A stretch of 12,448 nucleotides of DNA, taken from Azolla caroliniana (lineage: Eukaryota; Plantae; Polypodiophyta). This document shows positions 8,840-12,448 of the stretch, piece after piece; the stretch's first letter is position 1, and the number at the start of each line of letters is the position of its first letter. The position numbers were made by a program, and so were the translations under genes. The notes beneath the pieces are model-generated. The model ran no database searches and had not been told where the DNA came from. It saw only the letters and a program-made list of their open reading frames with translations. The stretch is from positions 1-12,448 of the forward strand of contig JBHGNT010001064.1 of the NCBI GenBank assembly GCA_043228905.1, read 5' to 3'.

Positions 8840-8857
8840 AGAGAGAGAGAGAGAGAG
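8840..8857. repeat. (AG)9 microsatellite, reading (CT)n on the NEK sense strand; probable 5'UTR or core-promoter tract
   Basis: Perfect dinucleotide run about 125-140 nt upstream of the NEK ATG. CT tracts are common in plant 5'UTRs, and GA repeats are bound by BBR/BPC factors. Confidence 0.8.
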
Positions 8858-9149
8858 GGGAACTTCGGAAGGTTTTTGCTCATAGAAATATGGACATAAG
8901 AACAACTGTTTTTATTTTCTGTTTAATTTGTTCTCTCGTCCAAATATCCTGACAGCCCGAATCCTGTTCATTCTAATCCTTTTGCATTTTTATTTATTTG
9001 AGTATTGGGTACATACTGTTAGAAGCTTTTGACTGACGTTGGTAGGAGGAACTTGGTCTCACGTACAAGGTCCTACCATGACCACCTACAATTCATTCCC
9101 TCATGTTCTGAATTCCCCATGTTCCAAGATGCTCCTTTCGGACCACATG

Positions 9150-9553
9150 TAACAATTGGCAACAGTTCGGTTTGAACCGAACCGAACCGCAAAACTGCGG
9201 CTTAATGGTCTAAGCGGTTCGGTTTAGGTTTTTTAACGGTTCGGTTCGGTTTAAACGGTTTAACGGGTTTTCTTTTTTTTTTTGTAAAAATTAAAATTTT
9301 ATAAAAATGTTTTTAAACAATCTTTTCATTTTTAGACCTTATTCTCACATTTTCGGAACATCTTTAAAATTTAAAAATTTAAAATAATGAAATATTTTAA
9401 ATTTTAAAAATTTTAAATTTGACCTAAGTTGAAACCGAAACCGCAGTTTTAACGTTTGAAATTTTTTTAATGGTTTCGTGGTTCAGTTCAAGTTTCAAAA
9501 ATTTTAAACCGTTCGGTTTTGACCCTCTCAAACCGAACCGTTGCCAATTGTTA
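9150..9553. mobile_element. Non-autonomous hAT-type DNA transposon (MITE), copy 1, 404 bp
   Basis: TIR TAACAATTGGCAAC(A/G)GTTCGGTTTGA (25/26 match between arms); 8-bp TSD ACCACATG (9142-9149) / GCCACATG (9554-9561); subterminal AACCG/CGGTT arrays; AT-rich non-coding core. An 8-bp TSD is typical of hAT. Confidence 0.9.
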
Positions 9554-9563
9554 GCCACATGGT

Positions 9564-9581
9564 TGTGTGTGTGTGTGTGTG
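9564..9581. repeat. (TG)9 microsatellite
   Basis: Perfect run starting two bases after the right TSD of MITE copy 1. Confidence 0.85.
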
Positions 9582-10577
9582 CGTCATGTGTTGGCACTCC
9601 CTATCTCCAATTTATCTCGTTTATTCATTTTCTGATAATTACACAAGCTATATTATTATTTTTCTGTCCCATATATTGCCCTCTCTTGGGATGTTAATAA
9701 ACTTATTCTTCTTCTTTTTTGTGGCTTCTCGATATCTCAAAACCATAATCTCAAGGGGTGGCAAGACGCAACATTGGGAGGTATTGAACAACCATGGGGA
9801 TGTTCTTGTTATGAGCTTACTTGTCACGATCCCCTATCCTGTCCATTGCAAGGGGAGAAGGTTTTCCATTTGACTAGTAAACAAGGGCATAAGTTCTAAA
9901 AGTGTTTGTGTGGTTTTTTATTTTATTTTAATGCAGCCAAAGTCTAATATATTTTTACTAGGTATTGATAGATGGTATTTATCATGCCCTTTTAGACCAT
10001 GCAGGGGTCGCTTTTCTCACATCTACACACCAACCCTCACAATTTGGCCTATTGAGAACTCTCTTGATACAACCCCAACACCTAACTCTCTTGTTATCTT
10101 TCTATACTCAGACTCTCACATACTTTTCTCCATTTTCCTCGTTTATGTTTTGACATGATACTTGTGTGAGGCAAGGTAGGGCCTTTGATGTCTAAATCAA
10201 TATCCAACTTATGCCAACATTGAGCAACATGGACATTAAATCATTCCCTTTATTTAGCTCTTCCTTTAGAGTGCGATGATAGATGTGGTTGCATGCATTG
10301 TGTATTGATATTTATATAAGCTCTTTTGATTGAGCAATGACCAATACACATGCTAGAAGTATTTGTAACCATGTGATTTCATCATATTAAGCAAGGGTAT
10401 AAAAATATCCATCTATATGTCTTTTTTTTCCAAAAAAAACTCCTTCCATTAGTTATAAAAATTTACAATGAGAGTATTATATACAATTCCTTGTAGGGAC
10501 GCCCACTAACTCAAGAAAGGGAGAGGACGATCATTGTTGGATGAAGGCTAGTTGTTGTCTTTCAACTCCATTGGAGC

Positions 10578-11087
10578 TAACAATCGACAACGGTTTGGTT
10601 TGAACCGAACCAAACTGCGAAACAACGGCTTAACGGTTTAAACGGTTCGGCTCGGTTTGGTTTCAACAGTCAAAAACCGCGGTTTAAACGGTTAAACGGT
10701 TTTTTGTTTTTTATTTTTTTTATTTTTTTTAAAAAAAATTAAAAATTAAAAAACAAATTCTAAAAAATTAAAAAAATTGTTTTTAAACAATCTTTTCATT
10801 TTTACACCTTATTCTCACATTTTAGGAACATCTTAAAAATTTTAAAAATTCTAAATAATGAAATATTATAAATTTTTAAAAAATTAAAAATTAAAAATTT
10901 GACTTATGTTGAAAACCGAAACCGAACCATGAAACCGCGGTTTTTACGGTTTAATGGTTTAACGGTTTGAAAAAGGTTTAACGGGTCGTTTTAATGGTTT
11001 CGCGGTTTGGTTTGGTTCAAGTTTCAAAAAAATTAAACGGTTCAGTTTGGACCCTCTCAAACCGAACCAAACCGTTGCCGATTGTTA
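10578..11087. mobile_element. Non-autonomous hAT-type MITE, copy 2, 510 bp, same family and orientation as copy 1
   Basis: TIR TAACAATCG(A/G)CAACGGTTTGGTT (22/23); 8-bp TSD ATTGGAGC (10570-10577) / ATCGGAGC (11088-11095); internal block 10778-10833 is 54/56 identical to 9308-9363. Confidence 0.9.
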
Positions 11088-12448
11088 ATCGGAGCCACCC
11101 TTGAGGCCATCGTATTGGCTCTTTTGAGTGGCTACAACTTCACTCCATATCTCTTGCATTAATATTAGTGGATGCACAGTTTGGTTGGAGAATACCTATT
11201 TACACCGTTGTTTCCATCTATATGTCTTTGACATAAATAAAGAAATTTATGCAAATATAAGTGTTGATATTTAAGACATTGGTAATTGTTTACATGTTTT
11301 TTTGCCTATATATGCCCTCATATGCTTTAGACAAATATCCCAAGAAAAAATATATTGAAGTTGTGAATGTGTGTGCATGTGACACTAGAATGTTTGTAAA
11401 AAGTACCAAGACTTTTATTGCACCTAAGTTTGCAATAGCTACAATATAAAATATTTTCCAACAACTAGTGAAATAAGCTACTTGTTTTGATTTGGAGGAT
11501 GGGAACTCAGGAGGCAAGATGGTGTAGGCCTAATACGAAGCTAAATTTTAATTTGAATACTTCTTTAATGGTTTACAATAAATCAAGGTTAAACGTTGAA
11601 CAAAAAAAGATAATGGAAAATGCATAATCATGTCCTCAGGAATTGTGACATATCAGTTAGTGAAGCTTGTGTTGAGGGTGAAGGAGTCAAACAATGTGAC
11701 TCGTGAGGGTGAAGAGGTGACTAATGGGTTCGAGATAGGTTTTGGGTTTAGGTTTGAGATAGGGTGTTGATGTGAATGTGGATGGTAATATTCAGGTTTG
11801 CTCAATTTATACATGTCATGTGATGATCTTATGATAAAGTTTGCTATCTACTTTATCCCTTATATTGGCAAATGTGTAAGTATTCGGAAATCATCTATCT
11901 TAAGTGATAATAACCATGATGCATTATTAAACAAGGATATCAGACAATCGTCGATGATGACTCCTCATGCCCCATCATAAAAGGCAACCTTCGATTACCT
12001 GTCAACAACATTTTTCAACGCCTACCTAACATATTTAAAATAAATAAATACAAATTATTGTGACAATGATTGTAATGTATGTTCGTTTGGCATTGTGCCC
12101 CACCTAAATCTAAGGACATTGTTGCATGGCATGTGCTAGGTGCTACCTACAGTAGGGGTCAACAATGTGTTAACCTAAAATTGTGCATATATTCGTTTGA
12201 ATGAGTGTGAAACATAGAATGGTTTGAGCTATCAATTAAGTTCACGTTCTCAAATATTGCACATCAATTGAATTTGTGAGACACGAGTCAACTCGAGTAA
12301 ATTTGAATACTATTATAATCCCATACTAACATTGAATATGCACGCATTTTGCCAATAAAAAAGATCACCAATAAAACAAAAAGTTTGCATCTTCTGTTCG
12401 TATGTCACTAACATGTCCTCAAAACAATTTTGAGCTACCAGAAAACTT

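Noticed and set aside
10492-11170. TGTAGGGAC... flank around MITE copy 2 as a solo LTR
   Set aside because: I could not find a matching terminal CA with a 5-bp TSD.
11737-11756. GGTTTTGGGTTTAGGTTT telomere-like run
   Set aside because: Only about two degenerate units with no perfect TTTAGGG; compatible with low-complexity G/T sequence.
9470-11980. Short ORFs (60-110 aa) upstream of NEK
   Set aside because: No recognisable domains; they run through MITE, microsatellite or T-rich sequence, and several use non-ATG starts.

Overview
AT-rich eukaryotic (land-plant) nuclear DNA, most likely a fern; this is inferred from the 36-aa 'LL'-type PPR motifs and the style of the E domain. The window holds two convergent genes. 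On + is the 3' part of an intronless PLS-class PPR gene (P-LL-S triplets, P2-L2-S2-E1-E2, no DYW; <2..1558). On - is a complete 14-exon NIMA-related kinase gene (NEK6-like, 8715->2996, about 839 aa) whose GT-AG introns and phases I traced by hand. Upstream of the kinase are two independent insertions of one hAT-type MITE family (9150..9553 and 10578..11087), each with 23-26 bp TIRs, an 8-bp TSD and AACGG/AACCG subterminal arrays. The long kinase intron 10 carries a degenerate tRNA-derived (SINE-like) A/B-box head, possibly a second facing one, and local duplications. I see no convincing wholly new biological system. The best leads are the DYW-less LL-type PPR editing factor, the possibly uncatalogued MITE family beside a NEK promoter, and the intronic tRNA-like pair.
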